From contig JBFMBT010000001.1 of the NCBI GenBank assembly GCA_040754875.1, positions 3,937 through 67,936 of the forward strand: a stretch of 64,000 nucleotides of DNA, in the 5' to 3' direction. The notes below the pieces were generated by a model. It ran no database searches. It was given only the letters and a program-made list of their open reading frames with translations, and was not told the DNA's origin. Position numbers and translations under genes: made by a program. The DNA comes from Verrucomicrobiota bacterium (GTDB lineage Bacteria > Verrucomicrobiota > Verrucomicrobiia > Limisphaerales > JBFMBT01). Below, piece after piece: positions 57,113-64,000 of the stretch (the stretch's first letter is position 1; each line of letters begins with the position of its first letter).

Positions 57113-58726
57113 TCAAATCTCGTTCCACGACGCGACGCGGTACAACACGGCGCCACCGCCGCGCCCGATGCGCTCGTCGTAGTGAAAATTGAAATGCCCG
57201 TTGATCTTCGCGCCACCCACGACGGCCGCGCCCACGCAATCGTAAGCATCGCTGCCGCCACCACCGAGATGCAGGAAGGCTTGCGGCGCGTAGATGATGC
57301 CCGTGAACGCCGCGTTGCCGCCCAGTTGAATTTGGGTGCAGGTCGGCAGTCCGATCAGTGTGTATTTGGTGGCGTCTTGCGTCAGGTTTTGCACTCCGTT
57401 ACCCATCAGCTTCGCGTTGCCGCCCAGATACACCTTCAGGCTCGCGTTCGGCGCGATGATGACCTGCGACTGACCTGACATGGAAAAATCCCCGGCCACA
57501 AACAGCACCGCGTCGCCGCGCACCAACATCTGGCTCTGGCCGCTGAGATTCAACTCGAACACCTGGAAATTGTCGTTGCCAAGCACCACGGCGTACGTGG
57601 CGGTCGTGGCCGTGGCATTGGTGCGCGTTGTGTTGTAGGTGTATGTCACCGCATCGTAAGTGTAGCTGCTGATGCGGTTGTAATCATGGTAAACGACCGG
57701 TTCCGCCATGCTCCCCCGGCCTTCGGTCACAACGCGTGTCACCACGTTGCCGATATACGTGCCGGCGGCCGGCAACGTCGTGCTGCTCGTCGCCGTCGTG
57801 TTGGTCGCCACCGGTCCCAGCGGATTCGTCGGATAAGCCGCGCTCGTGTAAGTGCCGATGTTCGTTGCCACCGAACCCGTATGGCCCGCGGGAAACATAT
57901 TGGTCACCACGATGTCCGGCGTGTACGTGAAGTTCGTTGTCGTGACAGTCTGATTGTACGCCGGGCTGGCCGCCCCGCCGCTGAATGGAACCGCGGCATC
58001 CGGAAAATACACATTCAAATCGTTCACGTAATGTCCGGGCTGGATGCCGCCGTTGCCGCCGGTCAGCCATGCCGTGTTGCCAACCGTGCCCGCGTTGTCC
58101 GCCGAGCCCAGCGGTCCCGTGCCGGCGCTGCCCCAGACCGCGCCGCCGCCGCCCAGAATCGACCCGTTGACCGAACCCACAAACCCATTGTCCTTTTTCT
58201 TGGCCGCGTCGTAACGCCCGTTCGTGCTGGACTTCGGGTCCTCCGAATCGAAGCTGTCGAGCTGGATGTTGCCGATCAATTCAATGTCACCCAACGCCGT
58301 CAATCCGCGCAGCCCCGCCTTCGACCGCGTGGTGGTCACCCGGACGGTGCGGCAAAGCTCGTTGCTGCGCAGCGGCAGGCGCACGAAGCCGCTGGAAATC
58401 ACCGTCGGTATCGGGTCGCTCGAGATCGTGACCTCGTAACGCGTGTCGCCAATGCTCCGTTTCAGGACATATAGTCCGTCAACCGCCACCCACCCATTGG
58501 TGGCGCGATCACCATCGCCCACCGCGTTCAAATGAGTGAGCGCTTCCTCGATGCCTGATTCGCTGGCGGGTATCGCCAGGTTCCACGTTTGCGAGCGCGC
58601 CACCGACAGGTGTTGTGCCTCGACCAGATTCAAATAGGCCAGCAGCATCGTGCCGATGAGGCCGGAGAGAATCAGCGTCACCAGCAACGCGCTGGCCCGG
58701 CGCCCGGAGGAAAGACGTATTTTCAT
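57113..58726 (-). CDS. PilX-N-type pseudopilin-like protein with large beta-rich C-terminal domain (paralog 2)
   Basis: N-terminal MKIRLSSGRRASALLVTLILSGLIGTMLLAYLNLVEAQ hydrophobic helix without Glu5. Thr/Asn/Gly-rich middle. C-terminus IYAPQAFLHLGGGGSDAYDCVGAAVVGGAKINGHFNFHYDERI...VASWNEI is shared with the upstream paralog. Confidence 0.65.
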   Translation of the reverse strand: MKIRLSSGRRASALLVTLILSGLIGTMLLAYLNLVEAQHLSVARSQTWNLAIPASESGIEEALTHLNAVGDGDRATNGWVAVDGLYVLKRSIGDTRYEVTISSDPIPTVISSGFVRLPLRSNELCRTVRVTTTRSKAGLRGLTALGDIELIGNIQLDSFDSEDPKSSTNGRYDAAKKKDNGFVGSVNGSILGGGGAVWGSAGTGPLGSADNAGTVGNTAWLTGGNGGIQPGHYVNDLNVYFPDAAVPFSGGAASPAYNQTVTTTNFTYTPDIVVTNMFPAGHTGSVATNIGTYTSAAYPTNPLGPVATNTTATSSTTLPAAGTYIGNVVTRVVTEGRGSMAEPVVYHDYNRISSYTYDAVTYTYNTTRTNATATTATYAVVLGNDNFQVFELNLSGQSQMLVRGDAVLFVAGDFSMSGQSQVIIAPNASLKVYLGGNAKLMGNGVQNLTQDATKYTLIGLPTCTQIQLGGNAAFTGIIYAPQAFLHLGGGGSDAYDCVGAAVVGGAKINGHFNFHYDERIGRGGGAVLYRVASWNEI

Positions 58727-58741
58727 AACCTGAGGGGCGAT

Positions 58742-58761
58742 TCACCGCGCCAGCGCGGTGA
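58742..58761 (-). promoter_or_regulatory. intercistronic stem-loop between the two PilX-like paralogs
   Basis: TCACCGCG (58742-58749), 4-nt loop, CGCGGTGA (58754-58761): a perfect 8-bp stem. Confidence 0.4.
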
Positions 58762-58770
58762 CGCGCCCGG

Positions 58771-60105
58771 TTAGATTTCCCTCCACGACGCCACCGTGAG
58801 ATCCCCGTCCCCCCGCTTCCGACCCAGCGCTTCGTCGTAGTGGAAACGGAAACTGCCGCTGCCGGTGACTTTGCCGACGATCGCCGCGCCGGAGAAATCA
58901 ATGATATCGGTCCCGCCGCCGGACATTTTCATTTCGGCATCCGGCGCATAGATGGTGCTGATGAGGGTGCCGTTGCCACTGAGGTTGATGTATTCCAGTC
59001 CCTTCTGGGTCAGGGTGCCGTTGCTGTCATAGACATGGCTGCGCCCAATGATGCTGAAGCTTTCCGGTTTGCCGCCGGCGTTGGCCACGCCGCTCCCGGA
59101 AATGCTGATGCTGCCTTCCTTGACGTAGAGTTTCAAACTCGCCCCGGGCGCGATGTAGATTTGAGAACCACCCGACTGACTGAAGTCCTTGTCCACGATC
59201 AACGTGACATCGCCCGTTATCAGCCACTTCTCATCGCCGCTCATGCTGACCGTGCTGGTGGTGTAGGTGTCCGGCGCGAAAATCCGGGCGTAATTCGTCA
59301 GCCCGACCAGGCCGCCACCCGGCAACCCGAAGCCTCCCGTGGTCGGAAATGGCGCCGGTGGAAAGCTCACATTCAAGTCCGAACTGGAACGCCCCGGCTC
59401 GATGCCAACCTTCCCCGCATTAATCCATGCCGCCGTTCCGATCGCCGCATCGGACGTCGTGTAAACGCCCCCCGTCGCGGACACGGCCGCCTTGCCGTAC
59501 ACTTTGGATTTGCTGGCCATGTCGATGGCGTTGGCGACGGGCGCCATTGAACCGATGTCCCCGTTGTCCTTGCGCTTGGCCTTGTCATACATGCCGCCGG
59601 TGCTGTAGAGCACGTCGCCGGAGTCATAACTGTCACTCTCGAATTGCCCGCCAAACGCAATCGTTCCCTTGGCCACCAGGCCCCTGCCGAACTGCCCTTT
59701 GCCCTTGGTCGCCACCTGCACCACGCGCGAAACTTCCTTGCCCGTCAGGTGAAATTTCGCGTAACCCGTGGAGGTGACCATCGGCTCGTTGCCCAAGCCG
59801 ATGATCACGTCGTAACGGATATCCCCCAAGTCGTTGGTCTTCCGGTGCCCGCCGCCGATCAGGTTGGTGACCCAGCCGTTGGCCGACCGGTTACCGGTGC
59901 CCACCGCGCGCAGGTGCGACATCGCCTCTTCGATGCCCGCCTCGCTCGCCGCCATCGCGGAATTCCACACGCGCGAGCGGTGCACCGCCAGATTTCGCTG
60001 CTTCACCATTTCCAGATAAGCGGCCAGGGTCAGCCCGATGACGCCGGCCGTGATCAATGTCAGCATCAGGATGCTGCCGCGTTCGGCAGTGGTCGTGATT
60101 TTCAT
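58771..60105 (-). CDS. PilX-N-type pseudopilin-like protein (paralog 1)
   Basis: Start chosen at MKITTTAERGSILMLTLITAGVIGLTLAAYLEMVKQ (ATG complement at 60103-60105, ATGA overlap with the upstream gene). C-terminus IYAPDAEMKMSGGGTDIIDFSGAAIVGKVTGSGSFRFHYDEAL...VASWREI. Confidence 0.65.
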   Translation of the reverse strand: MKITTTAERGSILMLTLITAGVIGLTLAAYLEMVKQRNLAVHRSRVWNSAMAASEAGIEEAMSHLRAVGTGNRSANGWVTNLIGGGHRKTNDLGDIRYDVIIGLGNEPMVTSTGYAKFHLTGKEVSRVVQVATKGKGQFGRGLVAKGTIAFGGQFESDSYDSGDVLYSTGGMYDKAKRKDNGDIGSMAPVANAIDMASKSKVYGKAAVSATGGVYTTSDAAIGTAAWINAGKVGIEPGRSSSDLNVSFPPAPFPTTGGFGLPGGGLVGLTNYARIFAPDTYTTSTVSMSGDEKWLITGDVTLIVDKDFSQSGGSQIYIAPGASLKLYVKEGSISISGSGVANAGGKPESFSIIGRSHVYDSNGTLTQKGLEYINLSGNGTLISTIYAPDAEMKMSGGGTDIIDFSGAAIVGKVTGSGSFRFHYDEALGRKRGDGDLTVASWREI

Positions 60106-60653
60106 AAGCTGTCGGGGTTGTTGCGAATGACGATGCGTGCCGATTGCATGCATTCGGTATTCGCCAGGTTCAGCGAATTCTTGGCGCACTTCCATTTCAC
60201 CACCACGGACTTCGCGTCGCCCGGGCCGGACGCCACATACTGGTTGAACGAGTTGCTCGCCACCGTGCGTTGAAACACCGTGAAGTTCAGCTCCGCGCAA
60301 TCCTTGAGCAGCGTTGTCGTCGTCCCGTTGATTTCCTGGGTCAACGTTTTCATGCCCGGCGAATACGTGTACTTCAGCCGGCCTCCGCAGTAGCTGAACT
60401 CGAGTTGATCGCTGGTGTAGGAAACAAGCTGGTCCGCCGAGCGGATCCGGTAGGTCATCTGGTCCAGCGCCTGGCGGCTTTGTTGTTCCAGATCCGAGTA
60501 GTTGGACATCTCCGCCATGCTGCGCGTCGTGTAATACGACAGCAACGCCACGGCGGTCAGCACCATGCCCGCGATGCCGACGGAGACAATCATCTCCGTC
60601 AGGCCCATGCCCGCCTGGCGGCGGGCGCTAGTTGACGTAATCCTGGATTCCAT
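60102..60653 (-). CDS. type IV pilin-like / T2SS pseudopilin (prepilin N-terminal methylation-type signal)
   Basis: MESRITSTSARRQAG|MGLTEMIVSVGIAGMVLTAVALL: a Gly-1 cleavage context with Glu at +5 and a hydrophobic helix. Confidence 0.7.
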   Translation of the reverse strand: MESRITSTSARRQAGMGLTEMIVSVGIAGMVLTAVALLSYYTTRSMAEMSNYSDLEQQSRQALDQMTYRIRSADQLVSYTSDQLEFSYCGGRLKYTYSPGMKTLTQEINGTTTTLLKDCAELNFTVFQRTVASNSFNQYVASGPGDAKSVVVKWKCAKNSLNLANTECMQSARIVIRNNPDSL

Positions 60654-61131
60654 ATTGCGAGATGAGGGTTTGCATTCTGGCACTGCGGGCGATGCTCCCG
60701 CTGTTCCAGTTCAAGGTGATGGTGACCAGCCGCATCGTGTTGGTGTAAGCGCTGGGCACCGGTGGATTTTTACTAACGACGACCGTTCCGTAATAAGTCA
60801 CCCCGGTGCCTTGGGCGCTGCTGGCGCCCACGGCCGTGGCATTGGTGGCGCTCGCCGGGATGTAACGTTCCGTGAATTTCGCCGGCAGATAGCCGGGCGT
60901 GTTGAGCTGGTCCCAACTGTACAACCGCACGACCTCCAGCTTTTCCAGCATGATCTGCGTGGCGCGCTGTTGTTCCCGTGAAGCGTTGAGAATCGCGAAT
61001 CCTGAGGTGATGCCGCCATACAACGACACGAACATGACGGCGACGATGGCCACACTGACCATCACCTCCGGCAACGTGAAGCCGGCCGCATTCAGGCGGG
61101 CACGTTTGGGGGAGAAACCGGGTGCGTTCAT
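60628..61131 (-). CDS. type IV pilin-like / T2SS pseudopilin
   Basis: MNAPGFSPKRARLNAAG|FTLPEVMVSVAIVAVMFVSLYGG: the canonical G|FTLxE prepilin motif. Start chosen at ATG complement 61129-61131. Confidence 0.8.
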   Translation of the reverse strand: MNAPGFSPKRARLNAAGFTLPEVMVSVAIVAVMFVSLYGGITSGFAILNASREQQRATQIMLEKLEVVRLYSWDQLNTPGYLPAKFTERYIPASATNATAVGASSAQGTGVTYYGTVVVSKNPPVPSAYTNTMRLVTITLNWNSGSIARSARMQTLISQYGIQDYVN

Positions 61132-61645
61132 AACTTCATTTCCATTGCATGTTGTCCGCTGCTGCCCCGGCCAGAACCGTCCGGCCGGAGTGCGCACAAT
61201 GCCATTGGGGCTTGCACGTCTTGACCGCCTGGAGAGACTGGCAGCGGTCATGACACGCACTCTATGCGGGTTGCGGACCCCCAACAATGCGGTCTAACCC
61301 GCAAAGGAAAGTAGGGTTGCCACTCCACGAAAACCCACGTAGCGGCGGGTATTCAGATGCAACGAAACCTTCAAAACCAAGCGCTTCCGCATGCTGCGAA
61401 GGAACGGGAGGAAATGCTCACCACGGCTGTAGGACCCGATGTACAGCGCCTTTCATCAACATTTTCCAGCCGGGTGGCCGCGCCGCGAAGGTCTTGACCC
61501 TATACGTTCTTAAGTAATTCACCCCATCAGGACGTAAGGTTTTCAACCCAGCCCGGGATTGTGCAATTGGTTCCAAATCAACGGGCCTTCCGTCCCGTCT
61601 TTCTGCGAATGAACTCCTTTGCGCGCCGGACAGACACTTCATTCG

Positions 61646-62176
61646 TTACCAGTCCAAAATCCGCCGGTCAGGCTGCGGCGACCAGTCCCAAATGTTGATT
61701 TCCCCCATCCTTCGCTTTTCCAGGTACTGTTGATGGTGCTCCTCCGCCCGGTAAAAAATCGTGGCCGGCAAAATCTCCGTGACAATGCCCGCGCGATATC
61801 TGCCGCTTTGTTCCAGTTGTGATTTCGACTCAAAAGCCGCCAGTTCCTGGGCCTCCGTGTGGAAATAAATGATCGATCGGTACTGGCTGCCGATCTCGTC
61901 GCCCTGGCGGTTCAATGATGTTGGATCATGGCAGTTCCAAAAAACTTCCAGCAACTCGCCATACCCGACGCGCGCCGGCTTATATTCAACCAGCACCACC
62001 TCGGCGTGTCCCGTCGTGTCCGTGCACACGTCCAGATAGGTCGGGTGCGGAAGATCGCCGCCGCTGTAACCGACCGTTGTGGACAACACGCCCTTGATCT
62101 GGCGGAACACGGCTTCGATTCGCCAAAAACAGCCTGCCCCAAATGTGGCGCGTTCGATGTCAACGCTGGTATGCAT
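61646..62176 (-). CDS. msrA: peptide methionine (S)-S-oxide reductase
   Basis: ATFGAGCFWRIEAVF (GCFW active site) ... GHAEVVLVEY ... QYRSIIYF ... EHHQQYL. Confidence 0.95.
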   Translation of the reverse strand: MHTSVDIERATFGAGCFWRIEAVFRQIKGVLSTTVGYSGGDLPHPTYLDVCTDTTGHAEVVLVEYKPARVGYGELLEVFWNCHDPTSLNRQGDEIGSQYRSIIYFHTEAQELAAFESKSQLEQSGRYRAGIVTEILPATIFYRAEEHHQQYLEKRRMGEINIWDWSPQPDRRILDW

Positions 62177-62246
62177 TGCATTTAGCTGGCTTTGTTTTCA
62201 GCACTGACGGAAAAAATCCGCCACCTTTGTTTACGGCATTAGACAA

Positions 62247-62333
62247 CTTCTATAGTAGAAGCTTGCTAATAATAACATGAGTCCGCTGGATTGCAACTGC
62301 TTTATATCGCCGTCCGGACGTGATTATATCACG
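62247..62333. promoter_or_regulatory. two 15-bp perfect palindromes (6-3-6) in the AT-rich region upstream of msrA
   Basis: CTTCTAtagTAGAAG at 62247-62261 and CGTGATtatATCACG at 62319-62333. They lie between the FG-GAP gene stop and the msrA start. Confidence 0.35.
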
Positions 62334-62376
62334 CTGAAATCAGCGAGGAGGACTCGGCGCGACCCGTTTTGCGGGC

Positions 62377-64000
62377 TCAATCCTGCGGGTAAACCAGCAC
62401 CCGGTCGTGAACGACGACCGCGAGGTCATTCTTTCCGTCGCCGGTCAGGTCCACGATGATCGCCTCGCGCGGTTCCGGTGAATTGCCGCGGCGGCTGCGG
62501 AAAGTACGTTCTTCGAACACCTGCCAGCGGTTCGCCGGCACGAGCGAATGCGGCGCTTCATAAGTCACGATGTCGAGGTGGTTCTTCGCTGTTTCCAGGA
62601 ACACGAGGTCCTTGCGCCCGTCATTGTTCAAATCGCCGGAAACCACATCCATCAAATAACCGTCCTTGATGGGCGTTTCGTAGCCGTCGAGTTCCGCCAG
62701 TTCCCACACCTGCCCGCTGAAAGTCATCCACGCCACGGTGTTCAAGCCAAGGAAGGCGATGCTGTTGGAGCGCGGGCCGTTCAAGCCGATGGGTTGCAGC
62801 CCGGTGAACTCCATCACCGGCAGTTGCAGGTTGCGCACGGTCTGCCACACGCCGGCGGCATCGCGTTCGCAGACGGACACGGCTTTGCGCTCGGCATCGA
62901 GCAGGAAGAGCGTGGCCGTCTTTCCGTTGCCGCCGGGAATCGCCGCCGCGCCGGTGATGCGCGAGTTGTTCGCCGCGCCGTTGATCTGTTCCTTCACGTG
63001 CAACTGCCAGCCGCCCTTCGGCCCGGCGTCGCCGTCCTTGCGCGCCACCACCGCGCGGAGGAAATTCTTTTGCGCCAGCAACAATTCGCCCTTGCCGTCG
63101 CCATCCACATCCAGCGTGCTGAGCCAGGGCTGCTCCAGCGTGCCGCCCGGCGGCGCGAGGTCGAATTCGTCAAACGCCAGTTCGCCGCTCTGGCGCAGGA
63201 TTTTGATCTTCTCGTAGGGAATGAGAATGATGAGGTCGGGCTTTCCGTCCTGGTCCAGGTCGTGGATGCTCAGGCTCGCCGGGTTGCCCTTGAAACTGTC
63301 GTCGAGCTTCTGGCTCTTGGGCTCGCCCTTGGCCGAGCGTATCTGCAACGTGCGTTTGCCGTCCTGGTCGATCACCAGCGCCAGCTTCGGCTTGCCGTTG
63401 GCTTCCAGCGGCCCCACCGCCATCGCCAGCGGCTTGCCTTCCACGGAAATGATCTCGGGAAACGGCACGCGGCCGTTGGTGTCCATGCGTGTCACGCCCA
63501 CCTGACGCTCATCGGAACTGAGCAAAAACAGTTCCGCCGAACCGTCGCCGTCCCAATCCGCCGCGGCCAGGTCGCTGACGCCCGTCAACGTTGGAAAACT
63601 GCGCGGCGCGGCCAGCAAGCCGTTGGCTTCCTGCAAATAGACGGAAATCTGTCCGCTGTTTGGTTCCGCCACGATGAGATCATCGCGCAGGTCGCGGTTG
63701 ATGTCCGCCCACACCACGCCGCGGCGCGCCTTGTCGGTTTTCTTCAGCGGCAACACTTGAAACTGACCCTGCTTCAATGTCCCAAGCAGCGGCTCGGCCG
63801 TCTTTTGCTTGAAGGTGGACAATTGCGCGCGCCCGGAATTCTGCGCCACGGTCAACACTTCCGTGCGCCGGTCGTTGTCCAGATCATCCGCCCAATACGA
63901 GCGGATGGGCGGAAAGCTGAAATGAATCTCCGGGTCGAGCTGGCCCACGGTGTTTTGCAGGCGGAAGCGGAACGGATTCGGATTGTCCCAGTTCACCAGC
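62377..64000 (-). CDS. FG-GAP/VCBS repeat protein (5' end probably outside window)
   Basis: Repeated DxDGDGxxD/E-like loops: ADWDGDGSAELF, HDLDQDGKPDLI, LDVDGDGKGELL, GDLNNDGRKDLV, DLTGDGKNDLA. The ORF is still open at the window edge. Confidence 0.8.
   Translation of the reverse strand, partial: LVNWDNPNPFRFRLQNTVGQLDPEIHFSFPPIRSYWADDLDNDRRTEVLTVAQNSGRAQLSTFKQKTAEPLLGTLKQGQFQVLPLKKTDKARRGVVWADINRDLRDDLIVAEPNSGQISVYLQEANGLLAAPRSFPTLTGVSDLAAADWDGDGSAELFLLSSDERQVGVTRMDTNGRVPFPEIISVEGKPLAMAVGPLEANGKPKLALVIDQDGKRTLQIRSAKGEPKSQKLDDSFKGNPASLSIHDLDQDGKPDLIILIPYEKIKILRQSGELAFDEFDLAPPGGTLEQPWLSTLDVDGDGKGELLLAQKNFLRAVVARKDGDAGPKGGWQLHVKEQINGAANNSRITGAAAIPGGNGKTATLFLLDAERKAVSVCERDAAGVWQTVRNLQLPVMEFTGLQPIGLNGPRSNSIAFLGLNTVAWMTFSGQVWELAELDGYETPIKDGYLMDVVSGDLNNDGRKDLVFLETAKNHLDIVTYEAPHSLVPANRWQVFEERTFRSRRGNSPEPREAIIVDLTGDGKNDLAVVVHDRVLVYPQD

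Overview
GC-rich bacterial chromosomal segment. The gene content is typical of the PVC superphylum, most likely Verrucomicrobiota. This is inferred from a PVM-type microcompartment locus, three sulfatases, PilX-like pseudopilins, a PQQ-dehydrogenase/cytochrome c fusion and a TAT-signal Gfo/Idh/MocA oxidoreductase. No database search was possible, so all family names come from motif recognition. Layout: (1) 1-4.6 kb holds a C5-methyltransferase / restriction endonuclease / Vsr module, then an orphan kinase-like gene embedded in arrays of ~200-bp repeats. (2) 4.7-9.7 kb is housekeeping: GT2, a SAM-MTase, SixA and an FG-GAP protein. (3) 9.7-22.4 kb holds a complete Planctomycete/Verrucomicrobia-type bacterial microcompartment (BMC) locus: DeoR, PduL, 3 BMC-H, AckA, 3 BMC-P, CoA-acylating aldehyde dehydrogenase, class II aldolase and an LDH/MDH-like enzyme. 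It is bracketed by toxin-antitoxin pairs, interrupted by a decaying Bro-N gene, and punctuated by long intergenic hairpins. (4) 23.3-31.1 kb is the most unusual block: a ~1270-aa TPM-domain/helical/Gly-Ser-tail membrane protein, followed by a PilP/GspC-like gene and a galactose-oxidase-like copper radical oxidase flanked by two paralogous secreted proteins. (5) 31-56 kb is carbohydrate and redox metabolism: sulfatases, selA, zwf-pgl-glk, a FucI-like isomerase, glgP, PQQ-DH, a cupin, a TIM-barrel protein with a histone-H1-like tail, AraC, a ParE TA pair, and a PncA-like protein whose catalytic Cys is replaced by Thr. (6) 57-64 kb is a four-gene pseudopilin operon, msrA and a second FG-GAP/VCBS protein. 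No rRNA, tRNA, CRISPR array or transposase was recognised. Intergenic DNA throughout is populated by short degenerate word repeats arranged as long imperfect hairpins.
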